From the NCBI GenBank assembly GCA_963722405.1, contig CAVRMO010000004.1, forward strand, positions 12,510 to 76,509: a stretch of DNA of 64,000 nt, given 5' to 3'. Each line of letters opens with the position of its first letter. The stretch's first letter is position 1. A program made the position numbers and the translations under genes. This DNA is from an uncultured Acidobacteriaceae bacterium. Lineage in GTDB: Bacteria; Acidobacteriota; Terriglobia; Terriglobales; Acidobacteriaceae. The notes under the pieces are model-generated. The model was not told where the DNA came from and did not search any database. It saw only the letters and a program-made list of their open reading frames with translations. Shown here piece after piece: positions 47,712-57,656 of the stretch.

Positions 47712-47795
47712 CTCGGGTAAACTCCGACACTGCCGCATTGACATCTCCTCTCGGCCACCCTACCTTTCGGAGTGATCCAGGGAGGTGTTGTCATC

Positions 47796-49325
47796 GTGCG
47801 CAGAATCAGTTCCCGATTCGTATTCCCACCGTTTGCCATTCTCCTGTCTGCCTTCGGTGTTCTAGTCGCGCAGAACGCCGCCCCGTCAATCGGGATTTTT
47901 CAGAACCACGCAGATATCGGCACGGTGTTGCACACCGGCTCCGCCCAATATGACGCCGCACACGGTACCTACACTCTCACCGGCAGTGGCGAGAACATGT
48001 GGTTCACTGCCGACGCTTTTCAGTTCGCTTGGAAGCAGGTCTCCGGCGACATCGCGCTGACAGCGGACATTGCATTCCCCGATAAGGGAGGCAACCCCCA
48101 TCGCAAAGCCGTGCTGATGATTCGTCAGAGTCTCGACGCCGACTCGCCTTACGCGGACGTAGCACTGCACGGAGAAGGCCTCACCTCTCTGCAGTTCCGC
48201 GATACCAGGGGCGGTGCCACCCACGAGGTCCAATCGAACCTCTCTGCCCCCAGCCGTCTGCGTCTCGAAAAGCGCGGCGACATCATCTATCTGTTCCTCG
48301 CTTCCGCCGCAGGCGAGCCCCTGCGCCCGTCTGGCGCGTCAATCAAGATTCCGCTGCCAGGGTCGTTTTACATCGGCATTGGCGTGTGTTCGCACGACAA
48401 GAACGCCATCGAGAAGGCGGTGTTCTCCAACGTCGAAATCACAACTCCCGTAGTCAGCACAGCACCGCCCGTCCTTTTCAGCACCTTGGAGACAGTGACC
48501 GTTAGCTCCACCGATCGTCGCGTCGTCTTCGTTTCTCCAACTCACTTCGAAGCTCCTAACTGGAGCCGCGACGGCACCTACTACCTCTTCAATAGCGAGG
48601 GGCACATCCTGCGGCTGCCTGTTACCGGCGGCGCTCCCACGCCCATCGATACCGGCTCCGCCAATCGCTGCAACAGCGACCATGGCATTTCGCCTGACGG
48701 ACAGTGGTTGGTCATCAGCGACTCCTCCCAGGCCGACAACCAGTCCAGCATTTACATTGTGCCAATCGCGGGCGGCACTCCTCGTCGCATCACCGAGAAT
48801 TCGCCGTCGTATTGGCACGGCTGGTCGCCCGACGGCAAGACTCTCGCCTACTGCGCTCAGCGCAATGGCCAGTTCGACATCTACACCATTCCTGCAGCCG
48901 GCGGTGAAGAGACACACCTCACCACCGCAAAGGGCCTCGACGATGGCCCTGACTATTCACCCGACGGCCAGTACATCTACTTCAACTCCGAACGCACCGG
49001 ACATATGCAGATCTGGCGCATGCAAGCCGACGGCAGCGCTCAGAAACAGGTCACCTTCGACGACCTCGACAACTGGTTTCCGCACATCTCACCCGATGGC
49101 AAGTCGATGGTCTTCCTCTCCTACGAAAAAGATGTCACCGACCACCCACCTAATAAAGACGCGCAACTTCGCATCATGACGCTGGCGGATGGCCAGATCA
49201 AGGTTCTCGCCAAGCTTTTCGGCGGACAAGGCACTCTCGATGTGCCTTCATGGTCGCCCGATAGCACGAAGGTTGCATTTGTGACCTACGAGCTGATCCC
49301 TGCCGAAGAAGCTGCATCCAAATGA
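47796..49325 (+). CDS. Exported protein: N-terminal beta-sandwich domain plus TolB-like beta-propeller
   Basis: [68 protein letters not shown] and [19 protein letters not shown] precedes GTG 47796 (the ORF is open from 47772). Confidence 0.8.
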   Translation: MRRISSRFVFPPFAILLSAFGVLVAQNAAPSIGIFQNHADIGTVLHTGSAQYDAAHGTYTLTGSGENMWFTADAFQFAWKQVSGDIALTADIAFPDKGGNPHRKAVLMIRQSLDADSPYADVALHGEGLTSLQFRDTRGGATHEVQSNLSAPSRLRLEKRGDIIYLFLASAAGEPLRPSGASIKIPLPGSFYIGIGVCSHDKNAIEKAVFSNVEITTPVVSTAPPVLFSTLETVTVSSTDRRVVFVSPTHFEAPNWSRDGTYYLFNSEGHILRLPVTGGAPTPIDTGSANRCNSDHGISPDGQWLVISDSSQADNQSSIYIVPIAGGTPRRITENSPSYWHGWSPDGKTLAYCAQRNGQFDIYTIPAAGGEETHLTTAKGLDDGPDYSPDGQYIYFNSERTGHMQIWRMQADGSAQKQVTFDDLDNWFPHISPDGKSMVFLSYEKDVTDHPPNKDAQLRIMTLADGQIKVLAKLFGGQGTLDVPSWSPDSTKVAFVTYELIPAEEAASK

Positions 49326-49364
49326 AGAGGAGATTCGATCACTGGAAATCGTGCACCTTCGTTA

Positions 49365-50012
49365 TCAATCACCCGACTCCCGCTTGGCGCGCTGTAAAGA
49401 AGGCTTGAGCTGTCGCCAAAAGAGAACGAACAAAAGAGCGATTGCGATCCCGGCCACAGCAGCCCCGATCCACATGGCTTCAACTTGTGACGCTCGGGGA
49501 TGCCGCAGGAACCGAATGATCGCCCGCCCGTATTTTGCAGCCAGAAATCCAATCAAGGCATATCGTAGGGCCCGACCCGCGAGCACGGCGGATGCGAACC
49601 TTCCCTGCGGATATTTCAGAGCTCCCGCTCCGACAAAGAATGCCGACGTGGGAAACGGAGGCGGTGCGATACACGCGACGAACACCGCGACGGAGCCTCT
49701 TTGCTTCAACAGGCTCTGCACCTGTCGGGAACGCTTCGCCCCAATGCGCTTTTCCAACCAGCGCTCACCCGCCGTTGCCGACATGCGATACGTGATGTAT
49801 GCGCCGATCAACGAACCGAGGGTGCTGGCCGCGGCGTAGTACGGCCACAGTTCGTGACTCTTCGCCGCCAGAATCGCGGTCAGAGCGTCGAGGCTGCCAA
49901 ACGTCGGAACCACCGAGCTGTCGATGATTCCCAAGATTAGCAGTCCCACTCCTCCCAAGCTCCGGAGAAGTTTCCACCCTGGAAGTACGGCCACTACCAA
50001 ACTTATAGGCAT
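49365..50012 (-). CDS. YqaA/DedA-like (VTT-domain) membrane protein
   Basis: Several TM helices, with GERWLEKRIGAKRSRQVQSLLKQRGSVAVFVACIAPPPFP typical of this family. Confidence 0.65.
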   Translation of the reverse strand: MPISLVVAVLPGWKLLRSLGGVGLLILGIIDSSVVPTFGSLDALTAILAAKSHELWPYYAAASTLGSLIGAYITYRMSATAGERWLEKRIGAKRSRQVQSLLKQRGSVAVFVACIAPPPFPTSAFFVGAGALKYPQGRFASAVLAGRALRYALIGFLAAKYGRAIIRFLRHPRASQVEAMWIGAAVAGIAIALLFVLFWRQLKPSLQRAKRESGD

Positions 50013-50086
50013 AAGCGTCGCGGATTCCGCATCAGTAGTTGATTGGCTCCGATGGAAATCGATCCATCCAATTCTCGAAAATTCGG

Positions 50087-51550
50087 CTACTGCTTCCCCG
50101 GTCCCACCAGGGCCTTCCCGGGATAGGTATCGGGTACGAGCTTTCCTTGGTCGATCAGCACAGTTCCGCCGATAATCACAAACTGCATGCCGGTGCTGGT
50201 TTCCATAGGGGCCTTATACGTCGCACGGTCGGTAACGGTCTGCGCGTCGAAGACAACGATATCCGCGTCAGCTCCTTCCTGCAGGCGTCCCTTAGCGTGG
50301 CCGGCCGGCGTGGATTTCTCCAGGCGTTGCGCCGGCATCAAGCTCATCTTGCGAATGGCGTCCATCAATGTGATGCTTCCCTTTTCGCGTACATACTGAG
50401 CCAGCACGCGCGAATACGTTCCGGCGTTGCGCGGATGCCCTTCTGCTCCATCACTGGCAATCATCACCAGCGGGTTCGGAATCACCTTGTCCACCACTTC
50501 CTGCGTGTTAGCAAACATCAGAACGCCCTGCGGCTTACTGGAATTGTGTAGTTCCTCGAAGCGCTCTTTCGTCAGCCGCTCTCCGGTGTCGGGTATTTGC
50601 AGCGCGCTGTACTCGATGCCCAGCTTCTCTCTCCAACCGGGATTGAACAGCGCGGAATTAATGACGGTCATGCCCGCAATATAAGGATAGGCCTCGGTCG
50701 TCACATCCAAGCCACGGGCGCGCGCGCCCGCTACCAGCGACAGACACTCGATCGCGTCGCGCAGACAGGTGCTGTTAATGTGCACAATGTGCAATGAGGC
50801 GCCCGAAATGGCAGCCGCTCCTATTACTTCGCTGACAGACTCAATGTCGGAGCCCGGCTCGCTGGACCCAAAACTCCGCACGTGCGTGTAAACCGGAACA
50901 CCCCGCTCCGCCGCGAGCCGAAACATGTCAATCACTTCCAACCTCGTCGCGCCCGGCGTGTACTGAATGCCCATCCCGATCGCCAGTCCGCCGGCATCTA
51001 GCTGCGCGCGCAGGCGTTCACCAATGGCCTCGATCTGCTCCGGTGTGCCTGGCTGGTTTGTCGCAGGACCGCTCTTGGGAAGTATCTCGGGTATGCCGGC
51101 ATGGGGGCCGATCATACCCACCGGAAGCGGCGCACCGAACACTAGCGCGCGCGCTGCAGCATGACTGGCCGCGGTGCCGTAGTTGATCAGCGAATGGCCG
51201 TCTTTCTGTTTGAGAAAGTTGGCCACGTCGACAACGCCAATTTCCATTTCAAGCGCAGTGGTCACACCGTCAAAGGCTTTCACACGCCCACTGTCGTTGT
51301 CCTGGCCGTGCTGGTGGAGATCGATGAATCCCGGCGCCACCACCAGCCCCTTCGCACTAACAACTCGCTCGCCCGTCAGTGGTTCTGCAGAGACTCGAGC
51401 GATTTTCCCATTACTGATGCCGACGTTGCGCGTCGCGTCCAGCCCCGACTCGGGATCCATCACCCGCCCGCCTTCGATGACTAGATCGTACTGCTGTGCG
51501 AACCCCACAGTAGCCAGTACTAACGACAGTAAGAAAATTGCTGCGCGCAT
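50087..51550 (-). CDS. Exported amidohydrolase-family protein (N-acyl-D-amino-acid deacylase-like)
   Basis: YDLVIEGGRVMDPESGLDATRNVGISNGKIARVS..GLVVAPGFIDLHQHG shows the metal-binding HxH. Signal peptide present. Confidence 0.8.
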   Translation of the reverse strand: MRAAIFLLSLVLATVGFAQQYDLVIEGGRVMDPESGLDATRNVGISNGKIARVSAEPLTGERVVSAKGLVVAPGFIDLHQHGQDNDSGRVKAFDGVTTALEMEIGVVDVANFLKQKDGHSLINYGTAASHAAARALVFGAPLPVGMIGPHAGIPEILPKSGPATNQPGTPEQIEAIGERLRAQLDAGGLAIGMGIQYTPGATRLEVIDMFRLAAERGVPVYTHVRSFGSSEPGSDIESVSEVIGAAAISGASLHIVHINSTCLRDAIECLSLVAGARARGLDVTTEAYPYIAGMTVINSALFNPGWREKLGIEYSALQIPDTGERLTKERFEELHNSSKPQGVLMFANTQEVVDKVIPNPLVMIASDGAEGHPRNAGTYSRVLAQYVREKGSITLMDAIRKMSLMPAQRLEKSTPAGHAKGRLQEGADADIVVFDAQTVTDRATYKAPMETSTGMQFVIIGGTVLIDQGKLVPDTYPGKALVGPGKQ

Positions 51551-51604
51551 GGGTCGGGATCATACGTTAGTGCAGGGCAAATCTCCAACTCATGGGACTA
51601 ATGG

Positions 51605-51898
51605 TCACAACAATTCCAATCCAGGCCCGCTCTCCGTCTCGCTGCCACCTTTCCTTAAATGGGAACCCCGCCTAATAAATCGCGTTGGTACTCTGAACAT
51701 AACTCCGCCGCGGCCGCAAACTCTCCAACAGATCACGCAAAGGCGATCCAGCAGGCATATTTCCAGAACCAGGGCGTCGAATTGGGTGTCCGGGACTTTG
51801 GATTTGATCCGCAGGCTGGCATTGAGAGAATCATCATCGACCGGGTAACTGTGCACCACGTGTGGGTTGACCGGCAGCCGGATACCCCGCTCTGCCAT
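51605..51898 (-). CDS. Possible small hypothetical protein
   Basis: The first ~55 codons have GC-rich third positions, and the ORF fits the minus-strand gene series. However, there is no SD and the C-terminal half looks non-coding. Confidence 0.3.
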   Translation of the reverse strand: MAERGIRLPVNPHVVHSYPVDDDSLNASLRIKSKVPDTQFDALVLEICLLDRLCVICWRVCGRGGVMFRVPTRFIRRGSHLRKGGSETESGPGLELL

Positions 51899-51937
51899 TG
51901 GCGGGGCGGGGTTATCCGTTTCGGCTGAAGCACTCGC

Positions 51938-52519
51938 TCAGAACCTGGTGGACTCTACGATCGCCATGTCGTTGACCCTGGGATCGACCTCCGCATGTCC
52001 GCACGCCAAGGTTGTGCCTTGCGCGTCGAACTTGCACCCATAAAGGCCGGCCGTCGGCGCCTGGCACTGGCCTTGCGCCATCTCGACCACCCACCACCCC
52101 GAGCCTGGCGACTTTCCCAGAAAGTTCTTCTTCCCGTAGATGCCGATCAGAACGTCACCCTCGGTCGACTTGCCGTGAGTGCAGCGCAGGGTGCTGCGCG
52201 CGAAGGCATACAGGATCTTTGACGACCCGTCCCACAGCATATCGGCATTCACCACGTTGCCGGTGCCGCTCAAGTCCAACGCTTCGCTCCAGAATGAATT
52301 CTTGGGATCGCCGGTATCGATCATGGCCTTGCCGTGTCCAATGGCGGCCTGCTTCGCCCGCTTGGTCGCACCCGCCGCCGGCGAGGGCGACATGATCCGC
52401 TTCTGCAAATCGGAACCGGGTTGGAATTCGACCGGCCCGCTGGCCGCTTGTGCCGCGCAAACCGTCGCGCATGCCAGCAGCATTGCTGGCAACAGGAAAA
52501 AAGAGAAGTGTCGCGTCAT
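51938..52519 (-). CDS. Hypothetical exported protein
   Basis: Signal peptide MTRHFSFFLLPAMLLACATVCAAQA at internal ATG 52519. No family recognised. Confidence 0.65.
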   Translation of the reverse strand: MTRHFSFFLLPAMLLACATVCAAQAASGPVEFQPGSDLQKRIMSPSPAAGATKRAKQAAIGHGKAMIDTGDPKNSFWSEALDLSGTGNVVNADMLWDGSSKILYAFARSTLRCTHGKSTEGDVLIGIYGKKNFLGKSPGSGWWVVEMAQGQCQAPTAGLYGCKFDAQGTTLACGHAEVDPRVNDMAIVESTRF

Positions 52520-52548
52520 ACAGAAGTACCCATCCTCAAAAAACCATA

Positions 52549-53148
52549 TCACTTCGATTGGATCCCCATTTCCCGCGCCAGCCGTATCTGGTCAGTACGA
52601 AAGTCGGAGAGCGCCTTCTCCAGGTTGGCTGCGGCGATGGTCAGGCGCTCGGCTGCCACCTTTCCTGGCTCCAGGCGCTGCTGCACTTTCTTCGCTTCTT
52701 TAGCGACGAAAGTATAAGCCTTGCGCACTTGTTTCGTTAAGGGCTTCAGCTCCGATTCCTGCACTTTGGTAAATGACGCGAGGAATCGTCCGTTGTAGTG
52801 GTCCACGTCGTCGATTGCGTCGTGAAGTTGGAGCGACTTGGCGTTGGTCGTAGGTATGTTTTGTGCTGCGGTGCCCAGCATCTGCAACTCCCGCGACTGT
52901 TGCAGCGCAGCTTCGGTGCTGTCGATAGCCGAGTGGAAATAGCCCACCTGATCGGGCCGTGCCTGGATTGCGGCCGCCCGGGTCATCGTCGCCAGCTCGG
53001 GGTTAGTCGCACCCGTAGGCGCCGACTCGGCGGGCGGCTTAGGCGATTGCGGCATGTGAGACCGTTGCCCAAGCGCAGCAGGAGCCAACGCTAGTAATAA
53101 TAGGGATGCGGTGGCCACGATTAAGCGCATGTCGAGTGTCCCATTCAT
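52549..53148 (-). CDS. Hypothetical exported, largely helical protein
   Basis: Signal peptide (LIVATASLLLLALAPAALG) followed by helical, charged sequence. Confidence 0.65.
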   Translation of the reverse strand: MNGTLDMRLIVATASLLLLALAPAALGQRSHMPQSPKPPAESAPTGATNPELATMTRAAAIQARPDQVGYFHSAIDSTEAALQQSRELQMLGTAAQNIPTTNAKSLQLHDAIDDVDHYNGRFLASFTKVQESELKPLTKQVRKAYTFVAKEAKKVQQRLEPGKVAAERLTIAAANLEKALSDFRTDQIRLAREMGIQSK

Positions 53149-53250
53149 CCACCAGTTTCGAATGAATGGAGAAAACTACTGATTATACGGAGGCGCCCGT
53201 TCTACGCGCGGGTTTCATGTGGAGTGACCTGGAATCCATCTGCTCGAGGA

Positions 53251-53306
53251 GCAAGTTGCTTATTGCAAGTTGCTTATTGCAAGTTGCTTATTGCTAGTTG
53301 CTAATT
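53251..53306. repeat. Tandem 14-bp repeat, three perfect copies plus one degenerate
   Basis: GCAAGTTGCTTATT x3 (53251-53292) followed by GCTAGTTGCTAATT (53293-53306). Confidence 0.9.
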
Positions 53307-53313
53307 GCATCCC

Positions 53314-54204
53314 CTACTTCACGCGCTGCAACTCGCGGTAGGCCTCGCTCTTCGACACACCAAACTCTTTTGCCGCCTGTTTCAGCGCGGCCTTCTCGTC
53401 GAGCGAATCGGAGCTCATCAGCTCGCGCACCCGCTTGGCCACACTCTTGGTCGAGGCTGGAGCCTGGGCCACTTCTTCCGCTTTGCCGATCAGCAGCGTG
53501 ATCTCGCCCTTCACGTCCCCACGCTTCTCCAGGGTAGCCAGCACGTCCTCGGCGTGTCCGCGCAGAAACTCCTCGTGCATCTTTGTGACTTCGCGCGCCA
53601 CCACCACATGACGCTCCGGCCCCAGCAGTTCGACCACATCCTTCAGCGCATCCACAATGCGATGCGGCGCTTCGTAGAAAATCTGCGTTCGCGGCGAGTG
53701 TCGAATAGCCTCCAGCAGCGTACGTCGCGCGCCTTCCTTCCCAGGCAGGAACCCACTGAAGCGGAAGGAATCCGTCGGCAGCCCGCTGGCAACCAGCGCC
53801 GAGAGGAATGCCGATGCCCCCGGCACCGGTACGATGCGAATGTGGTGCCGCACGGCCAGCGCGATCAGCCGGTATCCGGGATCGCTCACTCCCGGCATCC
53901 CTGCGTCACTCACCATGGCAATGTTGTCACCTTGCTCCAGGTGAACAATCAGCTCGGCCGCACGCGTAAGTTCGTTGTGCTCGTGGTAGCTGACCGTCGT
54001 TTTCTCGATGCCGTAGTGATCCAGCAATTGCATCGTATGCCGTGTGTCCTCACAGGCAATCAGGTCAACTTCCTTCAGGATGCGCAACGCTCGCAGCGTG
54101 ATGTCTTCCATATTGCCGATCGGCGTGCCCACCAGGTAGAGTGTCCCCGCTCCCGGCGCCCCGCCGTTCCGCACCTCGCGCACTACAATCTTCGCTTTAG
54201 CCAT
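53314..54204 (-). CDS. rsmI: 16S rRNA (cytidine1402-2'-O)-methyltransferase
   Basis: GTLYLVGTPIGNMEDITLRALRILKEVDLIACEDTRHTMQLLDHYGI. The start was taken at internal ATG 54204 (MAKAKIVV), giving about 296 aa. Confidence 0.9.
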   Translation of the reverse strand: MAKAKIVVREVRNGGAPGAGTLYLVGTPIGNMEDITLRALRILKEVDLIACEDTRHTMQLLDHYGIEKTTVSYHEHNELTRAAELIVHLEQGDNIAMVSDAGMPGVSDPGYRLIALAVRHHIRIVPVPGASAFLSALVASGLPTDSFRFSGFLPGKEGARRTLLEAIRHSPRTQIFYEAPHRIVDALKDVVELLGPERHVVVAREVTKMHEEFLRGHAEDVLATLEKRGDVKGEITLLIGKAEEVAQAPASTKSVAKRVRELMSSDSLDEKAALKQAAKEFGVSKSEAYRELQRVK

Positions 54205-54397
54205 ACAGCGCAAGTCTACACCCGCCAGCGCAAGCCACTTGCCATCTCTCGCCGCACAAAGAGCGGACAACCGGGGCATCGGGACAGGTTGCCCAAAACG
54301 GTACACAGTCGGGGAAGTCCAGACCTCACCGCGATCCTCGGCATAAAAGGGTGCCCCACCCGCTGACTGCACCTCCCCTGTACAATTCCGTCACACC

Positions 54398-55411
54398 ATG
54401 AAGCATTCTTTTTTTGCTCGTCGCTGGCTGACGTTCGCCGCAGCCTCAATGCTCGTTTGCGGATTGTCCTTCGCCCAAAGTCACGCCGGACAGTTAGCAG
54501 CCCATCAACCGCCCCCCTACTGGGCGTACTGTCCAAACCCGCCGAAGGATGCGCCTCCAACGCCGGCCAAACCGGTCGAAGACGCACTTCAGCATGTCCC
54601 TAACAGCACAGCATCGTTCACTCTTGCGCAAATTGACGATCTGTTCACCCCACCCGACTGGCATCCCTCCGGCCACCCACCGATGCCCGACGTAGTCGCT
54701 CACGGCAGCAAGCCGGACGTCTACGCCTGCGGCTACTGTCACCTACTCAATGGAATGGGCCGTCCCGAGAATTCCAGCCTCGCCGGACTTCCCGTGGACT
54801 ACATCATTCAGCAAATGTCCGATTTCAAAAGCGGCCGGCGTAAGAGTGCGGAGCCCACTCATCTCCCCGCCGCAGCCATGGTCGGCGTTGCCTCGCACGC
54901 GGACGAACAGCAGGTGCGCACCGCCGCCGCGTACTTCGCCGGCCTAAGGCCGAAGCCGTGGATTCGCGTCGTCGAGACCGCCACCGTTCCCAAAACTCGT
55001 GTTGCCGGGTGGATGCTGGTCGTCTCCGAACCTTTGGTGCAAGAGCCGATCGGCCGACGCATCATCGAGACTCCCGAAAGTCTCGATCGTACCGAGTTGC
55101 GCGATGACACCTCCGGCTTCGTCGCCTACATGCCTCCGGGCAGCATCAAGAGGGGAAAAACGTTGGTCATCTCCGGAGGCGCTGGCAAGACCATGCCGTG
55201 TGCCGCATGTCACGGCGTGAATCTCAAGGGCAGCGGTGATGTTCCGTCCCTGGCCGGGCGATCGCCGAGCTACGTTGTCCGGCAGCTTTACGATATTCAA
55301 AGTGGTGCTCGCGCCGGAGCCGCCACTCAAGCCATGATGGCGCCGGTTGCCAACTTGACGCTTGACGATATGATTTCAATCGCCGCCTACACCGCATCAT
55401 TGGAGCCTTAG
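54398..55411 (+). CDS. Exported dihaem c-type cytochrome
   Basis: Signal peptide and two CxxCH motifs (CGYCH, CAACH). Confidence 0.85.
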   Translation: MKHSFFARRWLTFAAASMLVCGLSFAQSHAGQLAAHQPPPYWAYCPNPPKDAPPTPAKPVEDALQHVPNSTASFTLAQIDDLFTPPDWHPSGHPPMPDVVAHGSKPDVYACGYCHLLNGMGRPENSSLAGLPVDYIIQQMSDFKSGRRKSAEPTHLPAAAMVGVASHADEQQVRTAAAYFAGLRPKPWIRVVETATVPKTRVAGWMLVVSEPLVQEPIGRRIIETPESLDRTELRDDTSGFVAYMPPGSIKRGKTLVISGGAGKTMPCAACHGVNLKGSGDVPSLAGRSPSYVVRQLYDIQSGARAGAATQAMMAPVANLTLDDMISIAAYTASLEP

Positions 55412-55461
55412 CTCCCTGCGGCAAAGAAACTGCGCCGTAGCGAATGACCTTGGAGGTTTCG

Positions 55462-55953
55462 ATGACAATCGCCCCCGCCGCCTTTGCGGTTCTTGCCGAC
55501 GACCCCATGTCCTGGAGCTCCGACTGGGCCTGGGGCGTGCCCTTGATTGTGCTGACCGTCGTCATTCACGTCCTCGGCCTTGGGCTCATCAGCCAGAAGG
55601 CCGGACGCGCTTCCGAGGTCATACTCGGCCGCCGTCACTCGACCGTCGCGTTCGTAATCATCGTAGGTGCTACCACCCTATTCGCTACCTGCCTGCACGC
55701 CTTGGAGGCCGGCCTCTGGGCGCTAGCATACCTTATTCTCGGCGCCTTGCCTGACCTCAGACACTCCATGCTCTATTCCCTGAACGCCATCACCAGCTAC
55801 GGCCACACGGATCTCGCGCTCCCCGACCACTGGCACCTCATGGGAGCTTTGGAAGCGCTGAACGGATGGCTGCTGTTCGGCCTGACCACCGCCTTCCTCT
55901 TCGCTGTGATCGAGAAAGTCTGGTCGGCGGCCAACCGGAGTGGTCATCGCTAG
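55462..55953 (+). CDS. Small membrane protein with a pore-loop-like segment (ion-channel-like)
   Basis: TM helices flank YSLNAITSYGHTDL, which resembles but does not match a K-channel TVGYGD filter. SD GGAGG lies 5 nt before ATG 55462 (the ORF is open from 55444). Confidence 0.6.
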   Translation: MTIAPAAFAVLADDPMSWSSDWAWGVPLIVLTVVIHVLGLGLISQKAGRASEVILGRRHSTVAFVIIVGATTLFATCLHALEAGLWALAYLILGALPDLRHSMLYSLNAITSYGHTDLALPDHWHLMGALEALNGWLLFGLTTAFLFAVIEKVWSAANRSGHR

Positions 55954-56031
55954 CCACCCCGCCGCATCGCAGTCCAGGTAAATCCGTATCCCAGCCACCA
56001 CCGCCCGCAAAGAGAAAGGATTGCTGGGCAG

Positions 56032-56970
56032 TTAGTGCACCCGATTGCCCGTCCTTCGAGACAAAACCGGCGACGCGGCGGAGTCGATTCCGCTCTCCGG
56101 CAGCAAGGCCACCAACGCCTTCGCAGCGTTTGAGAAGTGCGCGTTCTTGCGGCATGTGTAAAGGAACTGGATACTCGCCTCCATTCCCGACAGCTTGATG
56201 CCACGTAGCGTGCCCGCAGCCAGTTCGCGCTGCACAACGCTCTTGGCCTGGATTGAAATCCCCAAGCCAGCCTCCACCGCGTGCTTCACGCCCTCGAGGT
56301 TTCCGAAATCGAGAACATTCGCTAACACAATGCCCTGCGCCTTGAGTCGCTCCTCGACCACCGCTCTCGTACCGGCTCCTTGCGCTGCCACTATGAAAGT
56401 TTCCCCCGCCAACTCCTTCGGTCTGATCCGCCGCTTCGTTGCCCACGGGTGATTGGGCGGCACGATCGCGATCAGCTCGTCCGTCATGAACGCCCTGGTC
56501 AGTAGCCGAGGATTGCGCGCGTCGTAGCTCACCAACCCCAGATCGAGTTCGTTGGCCAGCAGCTTGGCCTCGATGCTCTCGCTCAGCGAGATATCCAGCG
56601 TCACTTCCACCGCGGGATATCGCCGGCGAAACTCCGCCAGCACCTTGGGCAATAGATACACACCCACGGGGAAACTCGATCCCAGTCGCAGCCTGCCGCC
56701 GCGCATGCCTTTGAGATCGTCGATCCGCCGCTCCGCTGCGTCGATGATGGCCATCACCTCCTGCGTGGCTTCAAAGAGAACCTCGCCCGACTCGGTCAGC
56801 GCCACTTTCTTCCCTGACCTGTCGAACAAATGGACACCGAAATACCCCTCCATCTGCTTGATGTGTTTGCTGATGCCGGGTTGGGTCAAGTGCACCAGTT
56901 CGGCAGCGCGAGTGAAGCTGCGACTCTGCGCAACCGCTCGAAAGATACGCAGTTGGTCCAGATTAATCAT
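56032..56970 (-). CDS. LysR-family transcriptional regulator
   Basis: The N-terminal HTH is MINLDQLRIFRAVAQSRSFTRAAELVHLTQPGISKHIKQMEGYFGVHLFDR. The C-terminal part is a substrate-binding domain. Confidence 0.9.
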   Translation of the reverse strand: MINLDQLRIFRAVAQSRSFTRAAELVHLTQPGISKHIKQMEGYFGVHLFDRSGKKVALTESGEVLFEATQEVMAIIDAAERRIDDLKGMRGGRLRLGSSFPVGVYLLPKVLAEFRRRYPAVEVTLDISLSESIEAKLLANELDLGLVSYDARNPRLLTRAFMTDELIAIVPPNHPWATKRRIRPKELAGETFIVAAQGAGTRAVVEERLKAQGIVLANVLDFGNLEGVKHAVEAGLGISIQAKSVVQRELAAGTLRGIKLSGMEASIQFLYTCRKNAHFSNAAKALVALLPESGIDSAASPVLSRRTGNRVH

Positions 56971-57102
56971 AACTGAAAGTTATCGCTCATATGATAATAA
57001 TTCATTTGATTCATGATACTACGATCGTTATTGTCGAAGTAGTTCGAGACCAAACTGGTGGCCGCTAGATAAGCCGACCGGCCCTCGAGCGGGGAGGAAT
57101 TT

Positions 57103-57291
57103 ATGAGCAACTTGAACTATGCAATCGTAGAGAACGATGCAAATGTGATCGACACGTTGGAGCAGGAGCGTAACCAGCAAGCCCGGCCCTATCTCGTATC
57201 CAACGGAGGCGCAAACATGGCAGTCTCGATTACCCGCCGCGCTGAACAGGCCCTGGACTTCGGGTTGGCCCACGGAAGCATGCCGGCATAG
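57103..57291 (+). CDS. Small hypothetical protein divergent from the LysR gene
   Basis: The ORF is 62 aa, with a strong SD (GGGGAGGA) 5 nt upstream of the ATG. No family recognised. Confidence 0.4.
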   Translation: MSNLNYAIVENDANVIDTLEQERNQQARPYLVSNGGANMAVSITRRAEQALDFGLAHGSMPA

Positions 57292-57330
57292 TTTGCTTCG
57301 ATATTTTTCTTGGGATACCACCGGCTTCTG

Positions 57331-57414
57331 CATCTTCTCGGGATTCTCGGCGCGATCTACCAGGTCGTTTAGGTTTGCATTCACCAGCGTTTCCACTTGA
57401 TCTAGTAATGCCAT
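57331..57414 (-). pseudogene. PspA/IM30-like N-terminal remnant (about 28 codons)
   Basis: MALLDQVETLVNANLNDLVDRAENPEKM parallels the PspA N-terminus (..[22 protein letters not shown]..). No frame continues the family after this point. Confidence 0.4.
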
Positions 57415-57656
57415 AACCACTCTTCTTAGTTGCTTTTCTGGTTTTTCTGACCACTAGATACTGGCCACTGAGCACTGTCCCTGAGTGCCCCACCCGAGCT
57501 TGTTTTGCTTAAATGAATTTGACTGTCCTTGTTTTAATCTGTCGCGCTCCCGTTGTCCTCGACCTTCGTACAGCGCGGCACTTGCGCGGCAATCTCGGGG
57601 GTAAGGAACATTGGGCGTTACACTGAACATCTGACTCGCATCCCACGGAGGTTTCG

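Noticed and set aside
53305-54366. A 353-aa plus-strand ORF.
   Set aside because: It is antisense to rsmI, which has an unmistakable methyltransferase signature. The translation is H/R/Q-rich, typical of GC-rich shadow frames.
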